Shown here: piece by piece, positions 14,401 through 21,990 of the stretch
Position numbering within the stretch: the stretch's first letter is position 1
How the letters are laid out: each line of letters begins with the position of its first letter
DNA from: a virus
DNA length: 64,000 nt
Direction: 5' to 3' (one strand)
Virus record (IMG/VR): IMGVR_UViG_3300043823_000114
Location: 26,209 to 90,208 of that record
Made by a program: the position numbers and the translations under genes
The notes under the pieces: model-generated
What the model saw: the letters and a program-made list of their open reading frames with translations, nothing else
The model's database searches: none
What the model was told of the DNA's origin: nothing

Positions 14401-14903
14401 GTATAACTGCCAGTAGCAGGGTTTCTAGTAACTGTAAACGTCTCTAGAATCGGCACTGTGCTAGCGAACACTGAAACTGCTTGTGGGCCGTTCTCTAACC
14501 AATAATACTGATTAAAGTTTACAAATTTATCAAAGTCAAAAAGACCATCATAGCTGTAACTTTCCCCACTGTACAGCCTACTTTGATTATCAGTCAAACC
14601 ACCGTAGTGGTTAATCTGATTCAATGTATCAATGTAACTAGCGTAAAACTGATTTTCCCCAGTTACTGGATTATCTATAACAACACTAGGCTCAAGCTGA
14701 TAGTTTTGTCGTTGCGCAGTGGGTTCAGGTACATAGTTGTCAGTACTCTTGAACGTTGGTGCAAATTTTCTACCCACATAGCCGTTGATATTACGCAAAT
14801 CCGGTTGCGTAACTAATTGATCTAAGGTTGCATTTAAGAACTTTTTATTTGCGTCGGTTCTATATGTTTCTGGTAAAAAGTTTGTTGTTTTAATTTGTGC
14901 CAT
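2427..14903 (-). CDS. Giant virion structural protein (baseplate wedge-like), 4158 aa, with FG-GAP-like propeller repeats
   Basis: 12.5-kb ORF immediately downstream of the gp6-like gene; N-terminal FLPE.Y.T..N.KFL.ATLDQL; repeated FG.S...S motifs at ~6800-8400; late-protein YI.EVKPY.T.IREY and GSGY...P.V...GGGG.GA motifs. Confidence 0.65.
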   Translation of the reverse strand: MAQIKTTNFLPETYRTDANKKFLNATLDQLVTQPDLRNINGYVGRKFAPTFKSTDNYVPEPTAQRQNYQLEPSVVIDNPVTGENQFYASYIDTLNQINHYGGLTDNQSRLYSGESYSYDGLFDFDKFVNFNQYYWLENGPQAVSVFASTVPILETFTVTRNPATGSYTFSTASGVENPNIQLAYGGTYQFIVNQPGYSFWIQTNPGTSGTKNNQTSLSSRDVLGVTNNGADVGTITFNVPQPTAQDFYVRLTLAGTADLSTALSYTQVQGQRLSAIVAAGENGFDGVNAINQLNLKSLIFINTDLDDSKWTVNSQTVPVASRRNAWQISLSSDADPIVTLNPLLQAFTIGAQQRVFVRSGLTRAEYSYFLANDYLSLNLFNLMPDITAPLTALYYQDAAVSGMVGQFSMLFADQGVVDVENTILGSTGYKSPNGVVFTNGLAVTFDATATPAAYQGNTYYVEGVGTGIKLIDVSKFINPEPFAVNGLGTADYITINRASIDLNPWTRSNRWFHIDIINASAAYNGVTPVLDQSTRANRPIIEFEADIQLFNYGHVGVAPVDLIDFTNSDSRSTVELQPYGTTLDGVTLEQGMRVIFANDFDPTVRDKVFVVNVVDISSNLVINLAPATDENIYANNNLVIMSGPYKGLQYYYTGSSWVQGQQKNGINQSPLFDIFDDTGTSISTYTNSTFAGTQIFSYAIGTGVNDPVLGFPLSYRNFNQIGDIQFTNNFDSDTFNFTDGAGTAQSDVNINSVGWLQQNSDLTNSTIRNSWTTNTEQEKQFQIISGVYDGNNSYFQIDITNSTEATVPYFRVYRNSIQTTDWETITVGVLNYVHITDPDLTTGDQIDILIYNSSAVSQLGYYEVPKNLDFNSKNANFTTLTLGQLRNHLSTMVANSNQVVGSFPGSSNLRDLNIKPQGGSILQHASPALAVPIALVDPYFNFVDGLDLARREYSKFKNKILELSARTAGLDFTNIPVLLDTLLKTINAVKSSSFPWYYSDMVPYGDIKNTITYTVESAEITGYEISNIFSDTTLSNQAVLVYLNNAQLVKDQDYTFDANVAGITITTPLTIGDTITINEYSSTDGCYIPETPTKLGLYPKFAPEKYYDTTYITPTNVIQGHDGSITPAFGDYRDDLLLEFEKRIYNNIKVNPTNQVFSVYDFLPGKFRTTDYSNSEFTQLLTTSFLKWAGDNRIDYITNTTFVASNEFTYNYDRFVDVINGAPLPGNWRAIFKYYFDTDRPHTNPWEMIGFTTMPSWWETRYGPAPYTGGNMVLWDDMAAGIVWNNGNPYVDSRFVRTGLQTIIPVDATGVLLAPADFIVKSFNSRDASADWRIGDQGPVETAWRRSSDFPYAFQRAMAMAKPAFYFGTLVNVNDYYKNTELNQFICASTLQRITPASTAINGNISDTNTIQRSASYLNWMADNLRYLGINPNSYINLSIINVILSYKMAGFTDSSFIQVIAEQSSPTSTNNGVVIPNESYRILLQSSTPTNSVTYSAVIVEKTASGFTVSGYDTTTPYFTIIPSLVNGRSYSIPVLQDAAVVYQDYQKYKITIPYGYEFTTRQQVVDFLVSYQRYLQGVGFKFIDSDPDLGVQRDFLLSAKEFLTWAQQGWNASSILVLSPILNHTTLFTPLGVVDKIDNQPGSSCVLDTSYNFVKYSQMSVNRQNSATGNTCDITVNGGQTIALIKLDVVEYEHVMLFDNKDIFNDIIYVPELGNRQYRLKLVGKKTGSWTGAMNPPGFVFNNTTVDAWQQGKDYLLGAIVSYKSFNYTALQDIPAATTFDNTLWARLSSDELKTGLLPNFSYNAEKFNRFNDVDNPEVLGDFHLYSDSAIGFQPRDYLTNFGLDEVTQAKFYQGYIRQKGTMNAITAFTATGVNGTTSEIDVYEEWAMRVGEYGALDNNRSVDLILTEGTFNGDPVTLQLLPNNGSSISGIIGVQPSQLYKTEGSYTPSIYVNRDASSNYKNDVQTAGYVNINDITTTVFDINANLNDLSANIDQYGIASTVWTARDLTGNWNVFRINETDVNVTQVSYSVDNIGVITTSSPHNVAYGDIVVLSNFDVRVNAFYRVYGVVDAYNFSVVFQAQAADQIKQAIKIAGTGSLYRLQSVRLDSPTDLNSIAPLHDWLDNDKLWVDTDAETGGWVVYNKSTPWSGNTSIFNPSMKLDANSYISNVGFGTVSTISASGAFAAASSSLLNNGNVYAFVSNVTNNNTLTLVANIGQYSGGTKFGASLDTSGNFLYIGNPGNGSTQYGRVHIYEFNGNASFLWQQTLTSPSLSNVGDLFGSSISASADGLWLYVSAPNAGNVYVYQANTVGFYTSYSYANTISVGSSSSSQFGYNVKTTSTGNQVAISAPYQAVNGVTAAGTVYVFDRSIESFVANGTTYTTTYSNVNSQSRVTVNGNLATSGYTFTGTTLTFTTAPVIGSLINVETNKFNLLETITSPNPTSGGAFGTTTSISGNDADVYIASPGYSAPGYFSGIVYRYVNQGASYGSITGTTYNGNVSLGDSIRINGINVAFTAGNTITAAQNINSANIAGVTAIAQGYGALTITSNVTTPYQKLIIGPGNGNAMANLGLSVFSIAQTLKHPGTEDVAQYGSQILSSPNSETLVVSANGGSTENTTSFDTDTTTFDLNNSIFIDTIEGSGVVYIYGLVNSSLSGNVQDQYVLVQRLQNNSLSPHDQFGYSVAMNGNTMIVGAPGDSNSTAFDPSNTWIVYNATTGAPMPISNAGTFYTYNNFNGNIGWDIVNQETEKVDIDSISRMYLYNVNNSVISTNLDYIDPAKGKVLGAAQEDLDFITAYDPAVYNSVGSVDSIPNLAYSLDYHWGPDQTTKTWWNTGVLRYIDYEQGNLTYRANNWGMMFPGSQVQVCEWVSSDLPPSAYDGLGTPLYADNSAYVVETTINPTTKLPKSTYYYWVYGKNSLEQSSVHRNTVSTIQDIIENPQSQSIPYATVIQDDTVSLHGISNYLSGNSTVLHVDYDTIRNSHVIHSEYQLVQEGNPSSTIPTRIVEKIIDSLSGIDANGFAVPDASLSVQESIGLNNAPNQTLFVNRTTALQNWVEFVNGILIQYPVVEEFNINPLYASAPLPDYTTYDIQVATYEELGYIDTGVLAAGYTVLVLADETKSGIWTTYEWSGTTWVLTSEQSYYTPFYWSKTDWYDSTYDSTVLATYVVATAADISTLTLVAGDTVKVLNNGNGEFAVYRVNSDLTTNVVGIQNGTIQLSSTLYTSNVTGNEIRIIFNAIQNNIFIDTLAVYFNQMFFTLINYVLTEQPAVDWVFKTSFISILHKFKTLGQPASYSPDNQTYYEDYINEVKPYRTSIREYKLDYQGNDEYYGDTTDFDIPSTYIDAFGAYRSPNGSDPRDSTLLSTLPQYSQWYNNHTYGIGSVFVSNAGSGYVVTPSVTVVGGGGTGANIQAIVNFSTGGIESFEVINPGSGYTSQPTIFINGTGSGAFGYAKLVNHYQVDSLPTTQLATYSNVTVYVGNIITQQNTGAYGTVYTTITNSNVVTLVDTVGSFNTTDYIFSDAANLHSNVTSISSFTQFINNSYNTVRNFATTIAFDRITYNSNIIAWMPNITVANSSIVSYNGQAYQATANVYSSAILTTSGNIQANIGDYITQKNTTANARVLSVNSTKQTITVGNLTTNFVRRDGNILVNGTDSNVNPIAISNVFDYTKYNLLNANSFSNASDRITAYYQPTAGMPGNDLAQLMTGIEYPGVNVTGVTYEANTSVFSSNLIYTWANTRAIYSANVQIPTVTLDLTNSAVVYTGNVITQAVSGASGVVYNTSVGNLVTLVDVVGTFDNNATHWISANTANLGVTVASSSSFNQITTENLVDFTQYNYASGQPIVLVDTDTSQSYELNITEVDPWQIIVSGSLPTTSIGANLVLKYYDFNNPTYLDTTIQNTYTNSNVYSIIDGGAYYDTASSHAPEEFVPGVTYDNLNMTVYTGMNGLAANVGLPLSANLIAQGFTANIGYRIVQNMNGNASGTNTAIWPQYYGISESHITTLTANLNITDSNIHIANAQAISSPNVSKLIPGVVFINGEKIVFWGIDMVNNVLTNIRRAVDGTGAANVYTVGTQVVDTNINFLIPGGNLVHTTTWLNQSSGAPQDFVDNLSDLVTDNFGNILATTGANVGAVTDGLGLEGSNTVEAQYIKGLS

Positions 14904-14904
14904 A

Positions 14905-17900
14905 TTAAACTACTATTCCCAATCCTGCTAGTGTTTGGTTAATTTGTGCCGCTGTGATTGCGCTGATGATTTGCACATTGTCTGCTGTTGCCGCGCTGAC
15001 CATGATTTCGTCTGGATTGCTATTGATTTGCAATAGTCCCCCGAAAGCAACATCTGTGCTTGTTGGTACAATAATAATACTTGCTACATTAGGAGCCAAA
15101 GCATTGTGTAGATACGTGCTTAGTTCACTAAAATAGAAAGTATCACCAAAGTCCCAGTTAGCTGTATCAAAATAAGTATTGATGGCAGCAATAGTGCTAC
15201 TGATAACATCATTGTCGCTGACATTCACATTTGGATTCTTAACGATCTTAAATGTTGCTTGCAAGTTTGTGTCAGCTTTTGCCCCGAACAATGGTTTATA
15301 TTTACCAGCATTGTATACTAGTGTGTCACTGATAGCTTTGTAGTTTTCTAAACTACTTGTACCAGTACCATACTCTGTCTTTAAATCATCGTTTGTGGGC
15401 AGAGTTGGTTGAGTAACGACTCCCGAAGTGTCTTGTATCCATGCAAGATAATCGGCACTATAAGCTGTCGTTAGGATATACAAATCAATCATGTTATTTG
15501 GAGCAGGATCGATACGACGATCATTTGGACTACTATGGCGATATTGGAATTGTAAGTTTTGACGACCCACTTCTGCTACATAATTTGTCAATAGTGATAA
15601 GCTACGAACATTTGTGCTACTGATAGATAACTGATAGAAGTTATTTTCGCTAGTAGCATAGAATACCTGCCCACTCAAATATAAATTCCAGTTTGCAGTT
15701 ATTGCACTCTGTGTAGCATAGACGCTAACAACTGTTGAGTTATCTACTGGGGCACTTGTTAAGAAGTTATCAGTTCCAAGAATTTCTTGGAAGAACACAT
15801 ACTTGTATTGTGGATTCACTGTTGGATTTACTGTATTTGTAAATAAATCTGGATCATCTGGAACGCCATCGTTATTAGTTTGTGGGAATGTAACTTTAAT
15901 CTGTGTGTTGTCTACATATCCGTCTTGATCTATCACTTGATCATATATGTACCACAGTTGATCTTGTCCAATCGGACTAGAATTGTCTGGTTGTGTATTT
16001 GTTTTTAATACTGTGATTTGATCATTGATTGTTAAACCAGTTGTACTATCAAATGTTTTAACATCTGGATCGAAATAAAATCGTGTCTCTCTGGCACTTT
16101 GAAAAACATATTCAAGTCCACGTTGAGCGATATCGTAAATTACCCCGTTATAAGTAAATGCTAATAGCCAACTACTATCTAGACCCATACCAGTAGTATC
16201 ACCTTGATTTGTTAAACTAAACGAACCTAAATTTAAGTTCTGTGGCAAAATAATTTGCCAAGACTGAGTTGCATTGTTATAACTTAAGCCAATATTTTGA
16301 TAGCTCTGTAATAATCTAACCAAAGTAGCAATAAATGATCCAGTGGGTAGAGAATTATTGAATACTGGTATAACACTAGAAACTACCGCCCCTGATGGGA
16401 TATTTTGACTCAATTGTACTTGGAATCCAGTATTGGCACTAACTACACTGGCCCACAAATAAGTGTGTTGATTTGGATATTGTGGTGTGCCCACTTGAAT
16501 ATTATTTTGTGCATCGAAATAATTTCCTGCACCAGCAGTGAACTTAATCAATGAACCAGTAGTGATGTATTGTAGACTACTGCTTACTCCCATGCCAATT
16601 TGTTGTACTACATTACTACCATTTACAAAATATCCAGTACTGCTATTGCCAGTGGCACTGCTTTGTGACCATACTGTATTAGTGGGAGCAGTGTATCTTG
16701 GGAAGTTAGCGTAATAGTATTGCAACATAGGGGTGCCAGCTACTATCGGAGCAACTGTATTGTAGATTGCTTGATACACATCCTGTGCTGTTGTGAAACT
16801 AAATGCTGTAGTTTCTGTTGGAGTTTGTTCGTATAATATTCCATCAGCACAGAAGATATTTGTACTAGAATATTTACCAGTTACATCTAGAACATCCAAG
16901 AAACGACTAGTCCCACTACTTGTGCGATTGACTGCTTTAGCTTTTAGAATACTACTGAAATTAGTATATGGCAGAAGATTATAATCTTCACCAGTAATCA
17001 TACGATTTTGTGTGTAGTATTGTGCGGGCGCCTTAGCACGGATATCATCAATACTTTCACGGGTCTGTGCATTAGCAACTGTATATTGCAAACTTGCAGT
17101 AATAGTTACAGTTTCTATAGAATTATTTCTACTTACGTATGGGAAACTAAATGAAATGCTTTGCATCTCATCTGGGGTAATCTTATATTGCAGACCATTA
17201 CTAGTTCTGTAATAGAGTCTGAATATACCCTGTGGAATGTTGGCAAAACTACCGTCACCGAATACTAAATCAACTTGATCGTTGGTTCTACTATTAACTT
17301 GGTAAAGATTTCTATCAGTACTTTGATTGTAAATGACATTAATACCAGCGACAGCGGGAACTTGTGCCCAAGCAGTCGCAGGATTACCGTTAACATCCAA
17401 TTGATATAACCACACATCGTCATTGTTAATATTGTTGAAATTAACATTGACTACACGATTTGGTAAGCTCTGCGTTAAGTTAAAATCTTGTGTGCTTAAT
17501 GTACCCTGTTTAAAATATAAGAAATATCCAGTGTTTACACTATTATTACCCAAGTTATCATTTCGATAAAGAAAGTTAAACTTACCAGTAGGAATTGGAT
17601 CTGGTTCATAAACATATGTTTGATTTGCAGATGATGCACCAACAGCTTCAAAAGCCATGTTTGTATTTTCTACAATAGCATTGAAACTCTGTCTAGGCAA
17701 TGTGCCGGGAGTTAAGTTTATACTATATTCGTCAGTCTGTATCCCAGCAATGCTTTGACTATTGGCTGGTTTACCGATAACTTGATTGTTGATTAAGGCT
17801 GCATTTAATACTGTAATAAACTGCTCTTGCCAGTCTTGATTAGCAGTATCGTTCCAGTTAATCTGAATATTGCTTAGATTTAACCCGTTGCTGTCAAATA

Positions 17901-18285
17901 CATTTTCTGTTGTGCTAACGCTGTCGAACTTCAAATAACCGCTGGCTTCGATATTACGCTTTGGATTATAGCTAATCAAACGAGCAAGTTTAAGAATACT
18001 GTCTCTGCGTTCTGCTGTGTCAAAGAAGTTTTCACGGGCATTCATGTCCGTTCTGAACGCTAAACTTTGACCCAAGAATGCGATTAAATCAATAAGTGCG
18101 ATATATTCACTTGATTCTGTAAAGTCGTTGAAATCTTCTGGATAATAATTACGCAAGTAATCAATCATGGTCTTGCGTAGTGTCTCAAAGTCGTAACTTT
18201 GGAAGTCAGCTTGTTTAAATGTTTGGTAAACCGTTGTCCAGTCTTGGTTTACTAATAAGTTGGTCTGACGAGTTGTGATTGACAT
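14905..18285 (-). CDS. gp6: Baseplate wedge subunit (T4 gp6-like), 1126 aa
   Basis: DFETLRKTMIDYLR...DFNDF.ESSE..ALIDLIAF..Q.L.FR.D.NARENF.DTAERRDSIL.LA...SYNPKR; LVFGDG; ES.DDIR..AP..YYTQNRM.T.EDY; lies next to the gp25-like gene. Confidence 0.8.
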   Translation of the reverse strand: MSITTRQTNLLVNQDWTTVYQTFKQADFQSYDFETLRKTMIDYLRNYYPEDFNDFTESSEYIALIDLIAFLGQSLAFRTDMNARENFFDTAERRDSILKLARLISYNPKRNIEASGYLKFDSVSTTENVFDSNGLNLSNIQINWNDTANQDWQEQFITVLNAALINNQVIGKPANSQSIAGIQTDEYSINLTPGTLPRQSFNAIVENTNMAFEAVGASSANQTYVYEPDPIPTGKFNFLYRNDNLGNNSVNTGYFLYFKQGTLSTQDFNLTQSLPNRVVNVNFNNINNDDVWLYQLDVNGNPATAWAQVPAVAGINVIYNQSTDRNLYQVNSRTNDQVDLVFGDGSFANIPQGIFRLYYRTSNGLQYKITPDEMQSISFSFPYVSRNNSIETVTITASLQYTVANAQTRESIDDIRAKAPAQYYTQNRMITGEDYNLLPYTNFSSILKAKAVNRTSSGTSRFLDVLDVTGKYSSTNIFCADGILYEQTPTETTAFSFTTAQDVYQAIYNTVAPIVAGTPMLQYYYANFPRYTAPTNTVWSQSSATGNSSTGYFVNGSNVVQQIGMGVSSSLQYITTGSLIKFTAGAGNYFDAQNNIQVGTPQYPNQHTYLWASVVSANTGFQVQLSQNIPSGAVVSSVIPVFNNSLPTGSFIATLVRLLQSYQNIGLSYNNATQSWQIILPQNLNLGSFSLTNQGDTTGMGLDSSWLLAFTYNGVIYDIAQRGLEYVFQSARETRFYFDPDVKTFDSTTGLTINDQITVLKTNTQPDNSSPIGQDQLWYIYDQVIDQDGYVDNTQIKVTFPQTNNDGVPDDPDLFTNTVNPTVNPQYKYVFFQEILGTDNFLTSAPVDNSTVVSVYATQSAITANWNLYLSGQVFYATSENNFYQLSISSTNVRSLSLLTNYVAEVGRQNLQFQYRHSSPNDRRIDPAPNNMIDLYILTTAYSADYLAWIQDTSGVVTQPTLPTNDDLKTEYGTGTSSLENYKAISDTLVYNAGKYKPLFGAKADTNLQATFKIVKNPNVNVSDNDVISSTIAAINTYFDTANWDFGDTFYFSELSTYLHNALAPNVASIIIVPTSTDVAFGGLLQINSNPDEIMVSAATADNVQIISAITAAQINQTLAGLGIVV

Positions 18286-18307
18286 TTAAAATACATCCGT
18301 TATCGTG

Positions 18308-18314
18308 TATTTAT
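18308..18314 (-). promoter_or_regulatory. T4-type late promoter (ATAAATA)
   Basis: TATTTAT on plus, 23 nt upstream of the gp6-like start. Confidence 0.65.
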
Positions 18315-18335
18315 TACTTGTCAATATGTGCGTAG

Positions 18336-18722
18336 TTAATATGGACCGTTTGTAGTCAGCGTTTGTGAGTTAGAATCGAACTGTAAACTCATGGAAGTCG
18401 CTTGATTTGTGGGTATATAAGTCAAATCTAGTTCGATTTGCATACCATAATCTTGCTCTGTTATCGTGATATTAGTAAGTGTGACTCTTGGGTCATAGTT
18501 AACAATAGTAGTAACGTCATCTATCACAAACTGTCTAGTCTGATCATCAAACGGTTCAAATAACAAACCCCAAATGATAGACCCGTAGTTTGGGTTCATC
18601 AATCTCTCACCTTTACGGGTACTAAAATGATTTAATAAATCTTGTTTAACCAAGTCAATGTCCGTAACACGAAATTTCTTGCTACGGTTGATTGTACTGA
18701 ATCCACGATATAGTATTGGCAT
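18336..18722 (-). CDS. gp25: Baseplate wedge subunit gp25-like (GPW/gp25 family), 128 aa
   Basis: D.DLVKQDLLNHF.TRKGERLMNPNYGS.IW.LLFEP...YDPRV is the gp25 signature. Confidence 0.85.
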   Translation of the reverse strand: MPILYRGFSTINRSKKFRVTDIDLVKQDLLNHFSTRKGERLMNPNYGSIIWGLLFEPFDDQTRQFVIDDVTTIVNYDPRVTLTNITITEQDYGMQIELDLTYIPTNQATSMSLQFDSNSQTLTTNGPY

Positions 18723-18729
18723 AGTCTAG

Positions 18730-18736
18730 TATTTAT
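18730..18736 (-). promoter_or_regulatory. T4-type late promoter, probably leaderless transcript
   Basis: Minus strand reads ATAAATA-CTAGACT-ATG (7-nt gap to the start codon). Confidence 0.6.
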
Positions 18737-21700
18737 TGCGATGCATTTGCTAGTTGGATGTGTACTGCATCAGGTTTACTGAATGTTCCACCCCAGCGTA
18801 ACCCATAACTTGGAAGATCAACAGTTCTAGCAATTAATGGACATTGACTGCTATCAATGGCGACACCACTGTTGTGTGGACTACCTTTACCACCCTGACT
18901 TAACGGTACCGCAGGGGTAGTGATACCACCAGCAGTAGGATTGTTTGGTCCACCACCTGCGGCTAGCCATTTTGAATAGATTGCATCTTGATCTGCTGGA
19001 CTGCGATAAGCACTAGTAATAGTAATCTTGCTACCAGCTTTTGATTTGAAATCTTGTGCCATCTTCAGAATCGCATCTTTAAATGTGCCATTTAGTTGAT
19101 CAAAGTTTGCTCTTGTTCCGCTTGCCCCGCTGAATATAAACACATCATCGGGGTTGATACCTGTAGTATTATCACCACTTAGTCCAGAAGTCTGAGCAAC
19201 ACTTGCTACGGCGCCCCCAGCAGCCAGAATATCAACTGAGTATCTACCTTGATTATACATGGTAGCACCAGTTAGTGATGAATCCATTTGATTGCTTGCG
19301 CTCATACCATCAGAACGCCATTGTTTTGCGGCATCTGCTGTTCTATATTCGTGAACAACAAACATCATACCAGCAGCCGTACAAACATCATCATCTGACT
19401 TGATGCCACCATTGGCTATCAATGCTGAATAACTTGCAGTAAACTCATTAAACTGAATAGTTTCTTGAATACTTGGGCTATTGAAGAAATCATCTTGACT
19501 CTGAATATTGTCACGACCAGTCCAGCTGTTGCTATTAGACAATGCACTGCTACCGTACTGAGTGATAGCGTCGGGCTTGATATAACCCGCAGTGGCTAAG
19601 TATTGAGCATCCACTGCGTATTTACCGATACGCTGACTATCACTAGAAACAAAACTATAGTTAAACTGACTCAAGAAATAACCCAACTCTGCCATCATGG
19701 CTTTAGCTTGAATTTGACTCAAGTTAGGAGTCGTTGCTCCGAAATTGTTTGCTGGACTGTATGTGGTAGTCTTGGCTAAGTATTCTGCCGGGCAAGTTGG
19801 TTCAGCAACTGGCTGACCACTGGCTTGTGTTATTCCAGCATCTGCTGAACTACTACCAGTGAGTACTGGATTGCCACTGCTATCTGTAACTGCTGAGCCT
19901 GACCCAGAAGCTAGAGCACCAGAAGGTGCCGCAGGACTCTGAGCACCCGCATTTGCAAGTGCTTGCTGAACTGTCGGTAACCACTTGGCCGCAGCCGCAC
20001 CAACACTGGCTGCTGTAATGCTACCATCTGCGGCGTTCAATGATTTATTTTGTATTGCAACTTTACTGCCAGCAGGGGCAATGATATAGCTACCTGGCTT
20101 ACCAACAGCGGCTGGCCAGAAGATACAGTTGTATAAGTCTTGCAATGCCGGAGTAGGAGCTTTAGTATTAAGCCTAGTATATTGGAAGAATTTCAATACC
20201 CAGTCCATTTGATCTACACGACTCAATGATTTTAGTGTAGAAGTGCTTGTACCGATACCCGTTGCAGTTGTTGGCATAAACTGAATAAGACCAGTTGCAC
20301 CGATACTATTCACTAATCCAGGATCAAATGTCGCCCCAGTTTCATTGGCCATACAAGCAAGAAGATCGATATAGTTACAGTTTAATGAGCTTGCAACGCT
20401 TTGAACTTTTGCGATAAATGCGCTATCAGTACTCCATGGAGTAGGAACTCCATTGACTTTACCGTTATCTGATTTGTTACCATTAGCCGCAGGCAGTGTA
20501 TAGCTACCAGGTTGTCCCGCTGTTTTCGGAGCACAAATACTACTACTCACTGATTTTGTCAGAGGAGCTGGGGTACCTGTTCTTGTCCATGGTTCGTGAC
20601 TTGGTAAAATCGTTACTATACTGTCAACGCTTTGTGGAACGCTGTACCACAACTTTGTCTTTTGATCGTCGAATGTAGTATCTGCAAGTTTATTCTTTTG
20701 TAGAGTTGGCATGCTAATAGAATTGCCACCACTGCCACCATTGATATCAATAGTTGACCCTGATATGGTCATTGCACCACCGGAACTAACATTTAATGTA
20801 CCGTCTGCGCTCATTGTGAGTTGTCCAGCACCGATGTTAGTTTTTGCCCCGTAGATCAAGAAACTTTCACTGCCACCTAGATTTACTTGTGCTGAGTTCA
20901 CAGTAAAACTAGTATCACTGACCATGTTTATATTTCCACCGCTTTGAAAATTGATGTCTTCGTCTGCATGAAAGTTAAATGTACCTTCACTACGCACACT
21001 AAAATCACCCGCTGTGTATATTTTTATACCCGTTGCATCAATCTCTACCCAACTCGTCCCATCCATATGACTGACATACATTGTTTTTTGTTCGTCATTT
21101 AGCAATATTTGATGCCCAAATGCTGTGCGCAATCGAATCAGTTGATCTCTACCATTCACATCACCGTCATCCATAACGAATGTGTGACCACCTTTGCGAG
21201 TGGGAACGCTGTATTGATCTTCTGGGACTGTACCAGAGTTTACTTTGGCTGCGTAATCTGGATCATCTGCTGGATCTTTTGTCAGTGGACGACCAGGAGT
21301 AGATATACCAAATACATGACTAGGAGTTTCTCTTTGTGCACTACTGCTAATAGCTCCACGAGTAGCATCACGATCTAGACCTTGTTTGAATAAGATGTTT
21401 GCCTGAAACTCATGCACTGGCTTTTTGTTAGTGTAAAAGGTCCCGTTGATATTGCTTTCTATATTTTCATTAAACTCTGCTACTGGCAATACTTGCGGAG
21501 GCACATTGCTTTCGGGCAATATGCTTACCTTTATGTCATCACTAACAGTCGAAGTATCGACATTAGTACTGCTACCAACAGCGGGCAACATCCAGTTACT
21601 CAGATTTCCAGGAACACAAGCAAACCAGAACCCTTTGTCTGGATCACCGTTAACAAATGTACATAGAACTTGACTCCCGATATCAGGAGTAACCATCCAC

Positions 21701-21987
21701 ATACCATAAGTGTGTTGCACTCCAGTAAAGCTATTGTTCTTACTGCTTTGTGGTTGATATGTAGTGCCTAAATATGGGCTAGCATAACTCACTGTACGCC
21801 AGAATACTGGGTTCTGCTGATCGCCACCGAACTCTGGAATCCACACACGCAAACGCCCGTCTCGTGCTGGACTTAGATTGTCCATGACGAGGCCAAGCTG
21901 TGAGGCTGTTTCATATCTATAACCTGGAACAGCGTCTCTGTTATAGAATTTCGATGTCCGTCTACCTTGCGTTTTATCTTGTGCCAT
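18733..21987 (-). CDS. gp5: Baseplate hub spike (gp5/VgrG-like) with lysozyme/transglycosylase-like and M15 peptidase-like domains, 1084 aa
   Basis: N-terminal OB fold (GRLRVWIPEFG...YGMWMV.PD.G..VLC.F.NGD); GGH.FVMDDG...RLRT..GHQILL.D region then beta-helix; ANETG..F.P...N..GATGLIQFMP (SLT/lysozyme-like); C-terminal SAYRS...SPHNSG.AID...WGG...D.VHIQL (Zn peptidase M15). Confidence 0.8.
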   Translation of the reverse strand: MAQDKTQGRRTSKFYNRDAVPGYRYETASQLGLVMDNLSPARDGRLRVWIPEFGGDQQNPVFWRTVSYASPYLGTTYQPQSSKNNSFTGVQHTYGMWMVTPDIGSQVLCTFVNGDPDKGFWFACVPGNLSNWMLPAVGSSTNVDTSTVSDDIKVSILPESNVPPQVLPVAEFNENIESNINGTFYTNKKPVHEFQANILFKQGLDRDATRGAISSSAQRETPSHVFGISTPGRPLTKDPADDPDYAAKVNSGTVPEDQYSVPTRKGGHTFVMDDGDVNGRDQLIRLRTAFGHQILLNDEQKTMYVSHMDGTSWVEIDATGIKIYTAGDFSVRSEGTFNFHADEDINFQSGGNINMVSDTSFTVNSAQVNLGGSESFLIYGAKTNIGAGQLTMSADGTLNVSSGGAMTISGSTIDINGGSGGNSISMPTLQKNKLADTTFDDQKTKLWYSVPQSVDSIVTILPSHEPWTRTGTPAPLTKSVSSSICAPKTAGQPGSYTLPAANGNKSDNGKVNGVPTPWSTDSAFIAKVQSVASSLNCNYIDLLACMANETGATFDPGLVNSIGATGLIQFMPTTATGIGTSTSTLKSLSRVDQMDWVLKFFQYTRLNTKAPTPALQDLYNCIFWPAAVGKPGSYIIAPAGSKVAIQNKSLNAADGSITAASVGAAAAKWLPTVQQALANAGAQSPAAPSGALASGSGSAVTDSSGNPVLTGSSSADAGITQASGQPVAEPTCPAEYLAKTTTYSPANNFGATTPNLSQIQAKAMMAELGYFLSQFNYSFVSSDSQRIGKYAVDAQYLATAGYIKPDAITQYGSSALSNSNSWTGRDNIQSQDDFFNSPSIQETIQFNEFTASYSALIANGGIKSDDDVCTAAGMMFVVHEYRTADAAKQWRSDGMSASNQMDSSLTGATMYNQGRYSVDILAAGGAVASVAQTSGLSGDNTTGINPDDVFIFSGASGTRANFDQLNGTFKDAILKMAQDFKSKAGSKITITSAYRSPADQDAIYSKWLAAGGGPNNPTAGGITTPAVPLSQGGKGSPHNSGVAIDSSQCPLIARTVDLPSYGLRWGGTFSKPDAVHIQLANASQ

Positions 21988-21990
21988 ATA

